A stretch of 63,529 bases of DNA, counting the filler, from Reclinomonas americana ATCC 50394 (Eukaryota), in the NCBI GenBank assembly GCA_048213135.1. It is 15 parts of 15 records of this genome, joined end to end, with 100 filler letters (N's around TTAATTAATTAA, not from the genome) between each part and the next. Parts side by side here need not be neighbours in the genome. Positions count along the whole stretch, not along the records: positions 49,336 to 52,624 come from AFZH01017345.1; positions 52,725 to 54,420 come from AFZH01017346.1; positions 54,521 to 57,618 come from AFZH01017347.1; positions 57,719 to 61,795 come from AFZH01017349.1; positions 61,896 to 63,529 come from AFZH01017357.1; 10 more parts are not named here. One strand, 5' to 3'. The position numbers were made by a program, and so were the translations under genes. Positions 51,413 through 63,529 of the stretch are shown here, piece by piece. The notes under the pieces were generated by a model. The model had not been told where the DNA came from and did not search any database. It saw nothing but the letters and a program-made list of their open reading frames with translations. The stretch's first letter is position 1. Every line of letters starts with the position of its first letter.

Positions 51413-53472
51413 TCACAGCACCGTGCAGCAGCACTTGTTCTGCCCAGCGCCTGCCCCGCCGGCACCACCAGGACCACCGCCCTCGGGATCCAAGTCCGCG
51501 GTGAATTCACCAATGCGACTCGGATTGATGCCGAGCCGCTGCTCCAGCTCGCGGCAGTACTCCTTCAGCGCGCGGTTCTCCGCAATGAGGGCGCGCATGC
51601 GTGCTGTTCGCGGATCCACGTTGACTTGTGGGTTGCTCTTGATCTGCTTGGCACGATCGGCGAAACGCAGCGTGCTGAGCGTCTCTTCGTAGTTGAGCAT
51701 GGCGGGAGAGATGTTGGCGATGATCAGAGTGAATGAGTTGCCGCCGAGAGAGTCTGCAGGTGTGGAGGGGCGAGTGAGAGAAGTGATAGAAGAGGGCAGG
51801 AGGAGAGGCGAGGGCAAGTAAAGAAGAGGGCAGTGCAAGGGAAGAGAGAGGATGGGGAGCAATGTGGTGAGAGCACGAGAAGCGAGAATGAGAGGGCAAG
51901 ATGAGAAATGAGGTTCGAGAGGAGCGACTGGACGACTGCGAGAGGATGCGAGCGGTAAGGGCGAGAGTGAAAGAGAGAAGGGGCCAGTGGAAGACGAGCG
52001 AGAGAGGGCGCAAGAGAAGAGCGCAGTCGATTTTTAGAGGACTGAAGCAAACACAGCGAGGAGGCGATTCCAGTGAGAGAGACAAGGCGAGAGCAAAGGA
52101 ATTATGGCTTGGGCGCAGGAGCGAGGAGGCGAGTGCAAAAGAGCGAGCGAGGATGCGCGAGCAACAGAGAGGAGTTGCAGGTGAAATCCTGGGGCGCACC
52201 TTGCAACAATCTTGTCAGCTTCGAATCGCGATACGGAACCTGAGAACGAGAATGAGAAAAACAATGACGCCATTCCCATCATCGCAGTAGGTGACTCACA
52301 TGACCGCGTTGTGACACAAGCGCGTTGATGACGTTGCCGAGAGCGCTCAGCGACTTGTTGATCTCCGCACCCTCCTTCAGCCGATCGCCGACAGCCAGTG
52401 TTTGACTCGCGCGCTCCGAGCCGGCGAGATCCACCAGATGCAACTTGGAGGATCTCTCCGAGTAGCGCTCAGCGTCGTCGGCGTCCCACATGGTCAGCTG
52501 TGGAAGGGGGGACATGAGGGAAAGGGGAAGGGGAAGGGGAAGGGGAAGGGGAAGGGAAGGGAAGGGAAGGAAGGGAAGGAAGGAAGGAAAGGGGAAGGGG
52601 AAGGGGAAGGAGAAGGGGAAGGGGNNNNNNNNNNNNNNNNNNNNNNNNNNNNNNNNNNNNNNNNNNNNTTAATTAATTAANNNNNNNNNNNNNNNNNNNN
52701 NNNNNNNNNNNNNNNNNNNNNNNNGGGAAAGGGAAAGGGAAAGGGAAAGGGAAAGGGAAAGGGAAAGGGAAAGGGGAAGGGGAAGGGGAAGGGGAAGGGG
52801 AAGGGGAAGGGGAAGGGGAAGGGGAAGAGAAGGAAAACGTCGGCAGAGAGAGATAGCCAGGAAATATGGAACTCGCGCAAGCTGCGCCTCACCCGTAAGC
52901 AACAAGAGAAGACGCAAAGTCTCAAAAGGAGAAGAAGACGCGGAGGAGAACAGCGTGAATGCAAAGTCGAATGCACAACGCACGTCAAAGCAGGAAAGGA
53001 AGAGAGAGAGAGAGCAAGGAAATGAAGGAACTCTCGCGCAAGCTGTGCATCATCCAAAAGCAAGAAGAGCAGACGCAGAGTCTGACAGGAGAAGGAAACA
53101 AGGAGAGGAAGACAAGAGCAGGAGAGGAATTCGGTTGACACACAACTAGAATTCCAGGCACAGTTTCACAGCCGCTGTGCAGCGCTCTCAAGAGCAACAG
53201 AAGGAAAAGAACACGAAGAAGGCAATGGCCAACAGACTCACAGACACTGGCTCGCAGAAATCAAGACACAAACAGGCAAAGAGAGAATGAGAGGAAGAGA
53301 GCTTGGAAGATGAGAGGTGAACAAGGGGCCAAGTGAGGGAAGAGTTGCGGACACGGACACGGGAATGGGGAGGAGAAAGAAGCCGATCATAAGTGGAAAG
53401 TGAGGCAAAGAAGAAATGAGCGAGACGTACGGAAGCACTCAAAGACAAGGTGAGAAGATGACCTCACAGACT

Positions 53473-53518
<46 letters not shown>

Positions 53519-54420
53519 ACAGCAAATAAGTCGCTTGCAGTTTCACTCTCCCTCACCCGCCCTCCCTCATTTCCCTTATCGCCCTCTCCCTCCCTTTCCC
53601 TGCCTTCACGCAACATAAACCGTAAACACTGAATGACTGCGTGACGAGCGATCGTTCATCGCCGTCTCGCCCGTGGTTCGCCGAGCTGTGCCCGCGGCAT
53701 ACGCCTCCATGATATCCGACATGCTCTGCACCTCGACCTCGGTCAAATCTGCGCAACACAGTGAGTGACACGCAAAGGGAAAAACGCAAAAAAGTCACGC
53801 AACTGTCGACATAGATGCCGCGACCACCTCGCGTGCCATCCTGCCTAATCTGCAACGGCCCATCGTCGGCATCATCCGGCGAGTCCGCCGGCGACGCAGC
53901 AGCCGATGCAGCCGCTCGCCCACCTCGCGGCTTGGACGGCGACGCATCACGCGGCTTGGACGGCGACGCATTGCGGCCCTGGTTGGCCGGCGACAGCAGA
54001 TCCTTCAGCTTCTCCATGTAGATCTCCAAGTAGCTCACTCGCAATCGGTACTGCATCCGCGACGAGCGCTCGTTCAACTGCGCAAGCAGTTGCTCGACCA
54101 GTCGCGGGGTGATGCCTGGGAGGGGGAATGGGTGGGAGATGAGAACACGGACAAGGCGTAGAAGAAGAAGGCGATTGGGATGCACAGAGAGAGACTAAGA
54201 GAGAGAGGATACGACGGTGGGAGCGCTGAGGCGCAAGAGAACACGGACAAGGCGTGGAACAAGAGAGCGATTTGGGCTGCAGAGACAGACAGACAGAGAG
54301 AGACGACAGTCACACGAGCCTCGTTGCGACGACTGGAACCCTCCGCCTTCCATGGTGTGCGTCTTGCCGGAGCCGGTCTGTCCGTACGCGAGAATCGTCG
54401 CGTTGTAGCCCTGCAGCACC
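51413..54420 (-). CDS. Kinesin motor protein (kinesin-3-like signatures) with short tail and C-terminal CaaX; 5' end lost at gap
   Basis: [68 protein letters not shown], ends [13 protein letters not shown]. Confidence 0.93.
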
Positions 54421-55504
54421 NNNNNNNNNNNNNNNNNNNNNNNNNNNNNNNNNNNNNNNNNNNNTTAATTAATTAANNNNNNNNNNNNNNNNNNNNNNNN
54501 NNNNNNNNNNNNNNNNNNNNGGGAGGATGGAGAGGGAGTGAGTGAGGGAGTGAGAGGGCAGGAGAGGTAGAGGGCGAATGAGTGATGGAGGGAGTGAGTG
54601 GGTGGGTGAGTGAGTGAGTGAGTGAGTGAGTGAGTGGGTGGGTGAGTGAGTCAGCCACGCACCAGTGCCACTTGAGCGCCCTCGGTTTGCACACAGACGC
54701 CACCATCCGCTGCATTCTCACGTGCTGTTTGACACAGACACACAGAGAGTGAGTGTCCACTGCGCGATCCACTCTCTGCTTCTGACACAGACGCAAACCG
54801 TTGGGCGGTCTGTTGGTGGTGGCAGGAGGCAGGCAGGAAGAGCGATGAGTTCAATTTCGTTTTCGCGCGCGCGTTGTTGTCACTGTCATCTCTCACCTGA
54901 CTCGCACGGCGACAATGACGCTGGCGGTGCCGGCAGAGGAGCGGCCGAGTGCGGCATTTGCTCCTCCTGTGCGAGCGGCGACGGGAGTGTCGGCACCGGC
55001 GGCGGCGGAGGCGTCGACGGCTCCGGGAATGTCTGCCATCGATTTGATTGATGATTGTTTTGCCTCTCAACCGTCAGGACCGAGCTGCAGTTGGTTGCGG
55101 GTTGTCTGTGTTTTTCCAGTCTCTTTGGTTGCGGGTGCTGCTGCTTGTTATGCTGTCTGGCGTCACGGTTGCTCTGCGTGGACCATGATCTTATGCATTC
55201 TTCAAGATCGATATCGACATCTCGACGCGACGTTGGTGCGCAACTGTGGATTCGGCCGAGGCGTGTCACCAGTCCAGCTATGCACTTGCAATGTATGTTC
55301 CTCTGCTGCGGGTTTAGGGCATACAGCAAGAGCACCGTTGGCAGCAACGTCGCAAAAACGGTTGCGCACGCAATATTGGTTCGTAATTCATTCGTGCCGC
55401 TGCTCCACTCCGCTCATCGTTCATGCGGCGATGAAAGAGCCGGCAGCGATCATAATCAGACGACTATTTTGATGGACTGACAACAACTTTTCATTCACAA
55501 ACAA

Positions 55505-55945
55505 TCACTCCTCGATCTTCGAGAAAGTGTTGGTGCCAATGTTGAACGCGTCCCACGTGGCGCCCGCCTCTTGTGAGAGGATCCAGAATGCGCGGACCTT
55601 CTTGTCGTCGATCTTGGAAAAATTCCACGTTGTCGTCGACGACCGCCAGCCGACAGTGAAACCACCGGTGACGCCGCTCTCGCAGAGGCGGCCAACCAGG
55701 GGAAACCAGTTGCCCACGATGTCATGGCCTTCCTTCTTCTGGACGGCAGTGAAGTAGCGACCCGTGAACTCGCCGTCCATAGAAACCGAGTCGATCGTCA
55801 TGCGAGACTCCAGCTCGTTACCCCACGTGCCGACGATCCAGCTGTGATCGTGGACCTTGGCGTCGTCGGCGTGGATGCCGGCGTCGGCCGCGGACGGCGC
55901 GGCGGCGGCGGAGATCGATCCGGAGGGGCCAGTATCGTCGCTCAT
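55505..55945 (-). CDS. Avidin/streptavidin-family biotin-binding protein, intronless, no signal peptide
   Basis: GTWGNELES, GEFTGRYFTAV, FPLVG, GFTVGW, SSTTTW, FWIL, TWDAFNIGTNTF. Confidence 0.92.
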   Translation of the reverse strand: MSDDTGPSGSISAAAAPSAADAGIHADDAKVHDHSWIVGTWGNELESRMTIDSVSMDGEFTGRYFTAVQKKEGHDIVGNWFPLVGRLCESGVTGGFTVGWRSSTTTWNFSKIDDKKVRAFWILSQEAGATWDAFNIGTNTFSKIEE

Positions 55946-57064
55946 TGCTTGCTCTCCGAGGTGAGTGGAAGAAAAAGTAAGATGCCGGGTTTCTCACTGC
56001 GATTGGACGCAGCGATGCCGGCGCAATGCCGGAAAGCAAGTTGTACATGTCCTCCAATTAAAATGAGATCCAGATCTTGACTCGAGCTCCCACACGTCCA
56101 ATAATAGCCTCCCTCCTGATGCTGTCGCCTACGAGCAATTACAAGCATTCCATCAGCTGCACGCCGACAGACGGCGTGCGCGTGAGTGTTGCCACCCACA
56201 AGCATAAAACCGAGTCGTCAATTGCAAAATCCGATCGCGACTTGCGACACTGTGCACATGTCGGCTGCGAGAATTCCGGCACGATCTGGCACTCGTTGTT
56301 GTTGTCTGAGAGTGTCCGTCGGGCCCGTAATAGTCCTTCACCAATGCCCCACGGCCAGCAGAGTCTGCCTCCGAAATTCACACTTTGAATAACGTCGAGG
56401 CTCCTGATCCTATGCATGATCCGGATCATCCAACCAGGGACAACTGTTGGTTCAAGCGACAAGTTTACACTCTTTCTGAACCCTTAACGCACGGGAAAGA
56501 GGACCGGCACATGCGAGGTCAAAGAATGAACCAGCGCTGCGAGAGGTGGTGTCGTTTCTTTCAGTGGAACGAGCAGTCACCAACAAACGGGCTTTTCATT
56601 ACTCAAATAAGCAAAATGAAAGAAGAACGAGTAGGAGACAATACTTATGTCGACTGCTCGTTCTTCACTTTCAGAAACCAGTATACCATAAGTAACTAAT
56701 TAAGATCCGAATTCGAACGTGCGATCTTTTTGCATTCTTTTCGATCTGGAATTCGGCGTCAAAGCCACGCTTGTCATGAGTCGTGGTTTTCTCTTGCAGA
56801 ACCGCCGTCTCGACTTTTCTCACCGTTTCCGTGATGTCGCACACTGCGTGCATGTCGCACACTGCGTGCATGCGCAGTTTCTGGTTCTCACTCAAGATGG
56901 TGATCGTCATGCAGCTGCTTTGCTCTTTGGATAAGTAACAAATCGCAGCTCTGTACTCTCGATTATGCAGCTCGACGATCCACAGATACAACCTCCTCCA
57001 GACACTCTCCCATTTGCAATTGTGTCCTGTGCATGTCCTATTCCGTCTCCTCTGCTTACGCGCA

Positions 57065-57395
57065 ATGGCAGACTCCTCGCCTCCCAGCAGCGCCGCCACC
57101 GCCACCACCACGCCCACTCCCACAGGCACCGACACTCCCACTCCCGATGGCACCACCCCCACTCCTCCTACTCCACCTCCACCAGCAGCAGAGAAGCAAC
57201 CAGAGGCACCCTCCTCCTCCGCAGCTGCAGGAGAAGCAGAGGAAGAGGTAGAGGCGGAGGTTGAGGAGGCACAAAGCCCACTGCTCACCTCGGCCAAGGC
57301 CAGTGAGCAGCTGCGCATGATTGCTGCAGTGTTGGAGGCACTGTTGACTGCGTGTGGGACCAGCAGCAGTGAGGCATCTCCGTTGCCAGCAGCAG

Positions 57396-57426
<31 letters not shown>

Positions 57427-57508
57427 GAGGGAGGGAGGGAGGGGAGAGAGAAGGAACAGTCATGCATGCAAGGTTTGTGAAGGTGAGTGAGTGTGTGTGA
57501 GTGAGTGA

Positions 57509-57560
<52 letters not shown>

Positions 57561-60500
57561 GTGCATGTGCAAGTGTGATTTAGGTGAAGGTTTAGGCGAC
57601 GGATAAGGTCACCTTTTGNNNNNNNNNNNNNNNNNNNNNNNNNNNNNNNNNNNNNNNNNNNNTTAATTAATTAANNNNNNNNNNNNNNNNNNNNNNNNNN
57701 NNNNNNNNNNNNNNNNNNCTTCCCCCATTCCTTCCCCCATTCCTTCCCCCATTCCTTCCCCCATTCCTTCCCCCATTCCTTCCCCCATTCCTTCCCCCAT
57801 TCCTTCCCCCATTCCTTCCCCCATTCCTTCCCCCCATTCCTTCCCCCACTCCTTCCCCTTCTTCTCCCCCTCACTCTCCCTCCTCACCCCCTTCCCCCGA
57901 AGCTCCTCCCTGGTGGACGACGTGCGCCACAACCTCGAGGAGGCCCGCCGCATCCTCGACCGCTTCATGGAGGGCCAGTTGACCAGCCCCGACCCCCCAG
58001 ATTCCGACTCCGCCGCCGCCGCCGCCGGCAACCCTGCCGCGGAGTTGAGCGCCTCTCTGCAACGCCACCAGTCGGTGGACCCTGATGGTGCAGTAATCTT
58101 CGCCCCTTCGCTCTTCCCCTTCCCCCTTCCCTCACCCACCCAATCGTGGTAGTCCTGGTGACGCGTCTCGGCAGCTGGGCTGCGGGCGAGATGCAGCACA
58201 CGCTGCATCAATTCCTGCGCGCCTTCGGCGACTCGTACGCGCAAATGTGCGAGGACATTGGCCACCAGCTCCTCCTCACTGGCGAGCTGCGCACGAACCT
58301 GAAAGTGTCGCTGCTGCGCACGGGCTCTGGCGAGGTGCTGTCGGGCATGGTGGTCAAGAACCTCCAGAGTCTGCTCTCGGCTGTTGCGCAACGTCCCATT
58401 ACTTTGCACCTCCATCGCGACGCTCTCTCATTCTGTCACCCCTGCTCAGCTTTCGTCACGCATCCCTGGTGTTGTCGACAACCTGCAGGCTGCGGGCGAA
58501 GCTTTTGCATCGCTTATGGCCTCCGACGGTCGCATGCTGGCCGCCCTTCGTCTGCGCGTGAAGAACCTGTCGGAGATTTGCGAAATGTACGACGAGGTGG
58601 CCGAGGTCACTCGTCGCAAGATCACCACGGTGACGCACTTGGTCGATCTGCGCAAGCGCATCTCCGATTCGAGTGTCACGGCGCTCGCGGCGGAGGAGGC
58701 GGTGCTCGACGCCGAGTACGAGCTCGACAAGATGATGCTGTGCGGTGCCGACGACACGGTGTGTGTGCCAATGCAGCAAAGGTGTACTTGTTAAATGAGT
58801 CCCTCACTTTGTCTCGCATCCACCAACAGGCACTGACGTCTGCCGTGAAGCGATACGACGATGCCGTTCGCGAGCAACGCAAGCAGCGTGAGCTGGCCGA
58901 AGAGATCTCCACCGTGTCGGTCGAATCATTCGAGGTCATCTCGTGGTAGCCTCCTCCCCCCCGCTTGCATTTTTTTCGACTCATTGCGTTGAGACACAGG
59001 AGTGGGCGCCGGAGGCTGCCGTGTATCTCAACTCGGAGTTCATGGAGGCGATCACGAAAATGTTCGCCGTGGACGAGGTCGACGCGTCGACCGTGGCCAG
59101 TCGAATTCCGCGCGGTATCCTCCAGGTCAGTCGCAACTGCGTATTTTCCCTCGTGTGTGTCGCAGTGGCTCAACTGTTTTCGCACAGGGTGGTTTGATGG
59201 TCAACCGCACTCTCAACGACTACGACTTGCACGAGGAGGTGGTGCCGCGCGTGTTCCGCGCCAAGTTGCGTGCGCACACAGACACTGGCATGTGCTCTCA
59301 CCCAATTTCCAACCCCATGCGCGCCCTGTTGCAGATACCGCAAGTGCATGTGCACGTTGCAGGCGTATGTGCTGGAGGAGAGCATGGAGCAATTTGTTAC
59401 CAGCGTGTGGTACGTGCCTCATGCTTTGCCTGGTTTGTGGCCGTGACTCATGCTCGCGGTGCACAGGATTTCCATGAATGTCGTCCACCACGGCATCATT
59501 CCCGTCACTGCATTCTTCTTTGAGGGTCACACGGCCTACGTGGAGCGTCCGTTCTACGGTGGCAACACTCTGCGCAACTGGTTGTGGCAGCAGGTATTTT
59601 TTAGGGGGTTTAAAGGCACGCGTACCAGCTGGACTTATGCGTGAGATTTGCGCAGTTGGAGCCTCACGAGGACGAGATTCGTACCATATTCCGGCAGGTG
59701 CTGGAGGCTCTTGAGTGCCTGCATATGCACGGAGTTGTTCATGGTGAGTCATGTGTTTCTGACAATGAGTTGAAGTGGTAATGCGTTCGGGTGTCCTCAC
59801 TGCCGCACACAGGCAATCTGACGCTCGACTCCATTCTCATCGATGAGGATTTTGCTGTGCGCGTCACGAATCTCGACTCGGTGAGTGGATCGAGTCGATC
59901 TGCACGGAAGCGCCAGTTCGTACTGATCGTTGTGGATGGTGGTGCAGGCGTACGTGCAGAACAGCGATATGTTGCAGCGCCCGCTGTTCGCCGGAACCAT
60001 GATGAATGCCGATTACGTGGCACCGGAGTTGCTGAACAGGGTGAGCGGATGTGGACGAATGGAGAAGAGTAATGGGATGACAGAGCTTCTGTGCTGCACA
60101 CTTTGCCTTCCTTTGCCCACGTGCTGCTCTCTCCCGTTGTTTCTTCTTCGAGTTGCAGTCTCTCTTTTTTTGTTTTTGTATACCGTGTCTGTATGACCTC
60201 CTTGTCTTCGTCCTCGTTTCTTATTCTCTCTTTCTCTCTTCTCTCTCAATTTGGCTTGCTTCTGTGCCACTTCCTGCCTCCAGCTTGTATTCTCTCTCCT
60301 TCTATGTCTCTGTTGCAGTCGTTCTGTTTGGTCTTTGTCCATCGGTCTTTCTTCTTTCTGTCACCTCATAAGTTTCACTCTTTCCCTCTTCTTCCTTCAC
60401 CGCTCTTTTTGCAACCTTCTTGTCTCTTCTCTCTGTGTGTGTGTGTCTCGCTCTTTCTCCATAGTTGACAACCTTTCTCGTTTTCCCGTCTTTCTCGCCC

Positions 60501-61430
60501 ACCTCTCCTCCTCCGTTAAATCACATACTTTCCCCTCTCCCTTCTCTCTCTCTCGTCTCTCATCCCCCCACCACCACTCAGGACGCAACGCTGCCGAGCG
60601 TGGCCACCGACATGTGGTTTGTCAGCTTGTATTCTCTTGCAGTCATGACTCTGGTGAACTAAAGCTTGTTGCACACCAGGTCGTTTGCCGTGTGCTTGTA
60701 TAAGTGTGCGTTCATCATCCCCCTGTTGCCACCGCCTACTTTGATTGCCTCATCTCCTGTGTCGCGTGTGAGCAGCGCTGGTGGACGAGCGCGCCGAAAT
60801 CGCGTTCGACGACCGCGAGAACGTTGTCATTGTCAAGGAGAAGGACATCCCCGTCAAGACGGTCAACCTGCTGCGCCATCTCCTCCGCTTGGACGCGTCC
60901 TCCCGACTCGATGCCTCCGGCACACTTGCACACGAGTACTTCTCGACCTCGGTGGTGCGCAGTCTGGAGGCGTCGGGTTTGCTGGTGCGTTTTTTGCCGC
61001 TTGCGAGATTGTATTCGGCCAGTGCTTACACCAAGATCCACCGCTGCAGGTTCGACCGGAGCTCAAGCGCCGTGCACTGCAGCAAGCCGTCGCTCTCGCA
61101 CGCACCAATGTTGGGTTCTTTATTACAAATCTGTTCATCACACCGCATCTAACTCGGACACAAACACAGGATCGCGCGCCGGGCACTCAGATTGTTCCCG
61201 AGAACGGAGAGAGCATTTATGTGCGTGTATCTTTCTGCAGCAGTCAGTTGGTGGTTGACCTGGAGCTCACATGTAGTGTCGCTGACAGACGGCCATTCTT
61301 CGCGAGTGTGCTTCGAAGCATTACAAGTCGGGCTTCTGGCGCTATCCGTGGTACGTGGCCAACGCGCCACGCATCAACCGCTCCTTCACCGAGTTCTTTA
61401 CCACCATGCGATACTCGGATGTGGTGCGTT
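57065..61430 (+). CDS. Large helical/coiled-coil protein with a degenerate kinase domain; 3' end lost at gap
   Basis: IFRQVLEALECLHMHGVVH-GNLTLDSILIDEDFAVRVTNLD..YVAPELL..ATDMW-SF..LLRHLLRLDASSRLDASGTLAHEYF. Confidence 0.75.
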
Positions 61431-61561
61431 GCTACCCACACACATTGTGTGCGTGTCTGTCTCTCTCTGCGTCTGCCTCCCGTTCCCTTTTCTTTATGTG
61501 GGTCTGTCTTTCTCTCTGTCTGTCTGTCCTCTCTCTCTCTCTCTCTCCCTGTCTGCCTGCC

Positions 61562-61672
<111 letters not shown>

Positions 61673-61895
61673 TTCTCTCTGCCTTCTCTCTCATGTACGG
61701 TGGGGGAGGTAGGGAGGCAGGGAGACAGGGAGGCAGGGAGACAGGGAGGCAAGGAGCAGGGAGAGACAGGGAGGGAGAGTCGGTGAGGGCAAAGANNNNN
61801 NNNNNNNNNNNNNNNNNNNNNNNNNNNNNNNNNNNNNNNTTAATTAATTAANNNNNNNNNNNNNNNNNNNNNNNNNNNNNNNNNNNNNNNNNNNN

Positions 61896-63529
61896 GACAG
61901 TACCGGGAAGTGTTCGCTCTAAGACGTGAGGTGCTTGGTGACAGACATCCAGATACACTGTGGTCCATGTATTGTCTCGCCATCTGCATTCAGGCCAGTG
62001 GCAACCTCGCCGAAGCCGAGCGACTGTATCGAGAGGTGCTGGTGCTGAGACGTGAGGTCCTTGGCGAAAGACATCCCGACACGCTGTGGTCCATGTACAG
62101 CCTAGCCGGCTGCGTACAAACAAGTGGGAATCTTGCCGAAGCTGAGCGATTGTATCGGGAGGTGTTGGCGTTGAGACGTGAAGTGCTCAGCGACAGGCAT
62201 CCAGACACGCTGTGGACCATGCATAGTCTCGCCGGCTGTCTCAAGGAGAGCGGCAATCTCGCCGAAGCCGAGCGATTGTATCGGGAGGTATTGGAGTTGA
62301 GGCGTGAGGTGCTTGGTGACAGACATCCAGATACGCTGAATTCGATGACGAATCTCGCTATCTACGCCGAGGAGTGCGGCAATCTCACCGAGGCTGAGCG
62401 ATTGTATCGCGAGGTGTTGGAGTTGAGACGTGAAGTTCTTGGTGACAGACATCAAGACACGCTGGCGTCCATGAACAGTCTCGCAAACTATCTGCAGGCG
62501 AACGGCAAAATCTGCGACGCCGAGCAACTGTTTCGTGAGTTGTTGACGTTAAGGCGTGAGGTCCTCGGCAACAAGCACCGAGATACGCTCATAGCCATGA
62601 ATATCGTCGCCGCATGCATCCCGCAGAGTGGAAAACTCGCTGAAGCTGAGCAACTGTATCGAGAAGCCTACGTGCTTATGCGTGATGAGCTTGGTGACAC
62701 GCACCAAGACACGCTGTGGTGTATGAGTAATTTTGCTCGCTCTTTACTGAAGAGTGGTTTCCTTTCGAGAGCCGAGCAATTGTTTCGGGAGGTTTTGGCG
62801 TTGAAGCGGGTGCTTGGTGACAGACATTCAGGGCTGCTGAGCTCGATGGATGATCTCGCCAACTGCCTCAATGCAAGCAGAAAGCAATCTGAAGCCGAAC
62901 GACTGTATCGAGAGGTGTTGGAATTGCGGCGTGAGGTGCTTGGTGACAGGCATCGGGACACACTGTGGTCTATGTGCAATATCGCCGTCTGCTTCTCTGA
63001 TCGTGGCCTTCACTTTACTGCAGCGGGACTGTATCGGGAGGTGCTGACATTGAGCCGCGAGGTGCTTGGTAATCGGCATCCTGACACACTGACGTCCATG
63101 AACAATCTCGCCTGCTGCATTAATACCAGCGGCAATCTCGCCGAAGCCGAGCGACTGCATCGAGAGACGTTGAAGTTGAGGCTTGAGGTTCTTGGAAACA
63201 GGCATTCATACACGCTGGTGTCTATGAACAATCTCGCCGACTGTACCAAGGCGAGAGGCAATGTTGCCGAAGCCGAGCGACTGTACCGGGAGGTGTTGGA
63301 GTTGAGGCAAGAGGTGCTTGGTGACAGACATCCAGACACGCTGATGTCCATGTACACTGTTGCCAGGTGCGTTCAAACAAGTGGAAACCTTGCCGAAGCC
63401 GAGCAACTGTATCAAGAGGTGTTGATGTTGAGGCGCGAGGTGCTTGGTTACAAGCATCCGGACACGCTGATATCCATGAGTAGTCTCGTCAGCTGTATTC
63501 ACGCAAGCGGCAATCTTGCCGAAGCCGAG
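61896..63529 (+). CDS. Intronless array of ~13 42-aa TPR repeats (kinesin-light-chain-like TPR_10/12 type); both ends missing
   Basis: 126-bp repeats translating as SGNLAEAERLYREVLELRREVLGDRHPDTLxSMxxLAxC; frame appears open to the window end, which is why the ORF track omits it. Confidence 0.92.

Noticed and set aside
54886..55480. LQCMFLCCGF resembling the tetraspanin CCG motif
   Set aside because: No coherent four-TM model or splice structure; insufficient support.
56077..56699. Possible relics: LVGDSIRRE (SGNH-like, - strand) and RCERWCRFFQW (GRF-zinc-finger-like, + strand)
   Set aside because: Single short motifs in interrupted frames; could be decayed sequence but cannot be called.

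Overview
Intron-rich, microsatellite-rich eukaryotic (probably protist) genomic scaffold. It consists of 15 contigs joined by artificial 100-bp N44-TTAATTAATTAA-N44 linkers; the organism cannot be named from the sequence. About 21 protein-coding genes or fragments are recognisable: an MLKL-like 4HB/pseudokinase/TPR protein, mitochondrial LeuRS, a FANCB-like protein, an EF-hand/ARM protein, a TFxP-repeat protein, a Kelch protein, two collagen-like proteins, a TMEM230/134-like protein, LYRM9, three tandem WD40 genes, RPB5, a YccV-domain protein, an FAD monooxygenase, a RING/TRAF-zinc-finger/TPR protein, a type-2 asparaginase, a CaaX-tailed kinesin, an avidin, a second pseudokinase and a hypervariable TPR array. 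The standout is the apparently empty ~14.4-19.3 kb interval. It reads as a spliced non-coding host gene (~17 short exons) with one box C/D snoRNA in 15 of its 16 introns. Most carry antisense guides that, by the D+5 rule, point to known conserved rRNA 2'-O-methylation sites, and several pair guides in combinations not found in yeast or human. A TIR transposon with an 8-bp target-site duplication is also visible. rRNA positions are yeast/human numbering recalled from memory and need checking against this organism's own rRNA. CDS coordinates are gene spans including introns, inferred by eye.
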